From Vicinamibacterales bacterium (GTDB taxonomy: Bacteria > Acidobacteriota > Vicinamibacteria > Vicinamibacterales > CAVVIG01), in NCBI GenBank assembly GCA_050249955.1, contig JBFWPN010000005.1, positions 331,739 through 395,738 on the forward strand: a stretch of DNA of 64,000 bases, written 5' to 3'. The notes beneath the pieces are model-generated. The model saw nothing but the letters and a program-made list of their open reading frames with translations. It did not search any database and was not told where the DNA came from. The translations under genes were made by a program, and so were the position numbers. This document shows positions 62,416-64,000 of this stretch, piece after piece (the first letter of the stretch is position 1; every line of letters begins with the position of its first letter).

Positions 62416-64000
<1,585 letters not shown>

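Overview
Very GC-rich, gene-dense bacterial chromosomal segment with about 58 protein-coding genes and one tRNA. I found no rRNA, CRISPR array, transposase, integrase or prophage signature. All calls come from reading the supplied translations and the DNA by eye (motif recall, start/stop geometry, codon-position GC bias); no homology search was run. Most long ORFs antisense to or overlapping these genes are high-GC artefacts. Content is mostly housekeeping: modAB, a KefB-like antiporter, ppk1-ppx, otsA, and a NarL-type two-component pair next to a Tat-exported multicopper oxidase. It also holds a tightly packed same-strand cluster (CheY-like receiver, hemE, hemH, hemY, O-methyltransferase, arginase), a pabB-pabC fusion, glgA-trxA-trxB, mnmA plus a cysteine desulfurase, bactofilin, glpX, hflX, pgsA, dinB and ettA (runs off the 3' end). 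The VWFA-type secreted protein, the CadC-type winged-helix/TolB-propeller regulator and the overall style suggest an Acidobacteriota-like genome (inference only). The best candidate for an undescribed system is a three-gene locus at 22549-29439. It encodes a BcsA-like GT2 synthase with two C-terminal PilZ-like modules, a 131-aa TM/TPR protein, and a 1406-aa TPR protein with a probable C-terminal beta-barrel, with no BcsB or BcsZ. Other leads: a retropepsin-like protease tightly linked (2-nt gap) to a frameshifted membrane regulator; a nuclease-fold protein with an H1-like tail followed by an acidic/Arg-run partner; an orphan beta-class DNA methyltransferase behind a small Cys/His-rich ORF; a secreted 21-nt-repeat heptad protein; a probable CTG start for hemE; and several strong intergenic palindromes and heptamer repeats.
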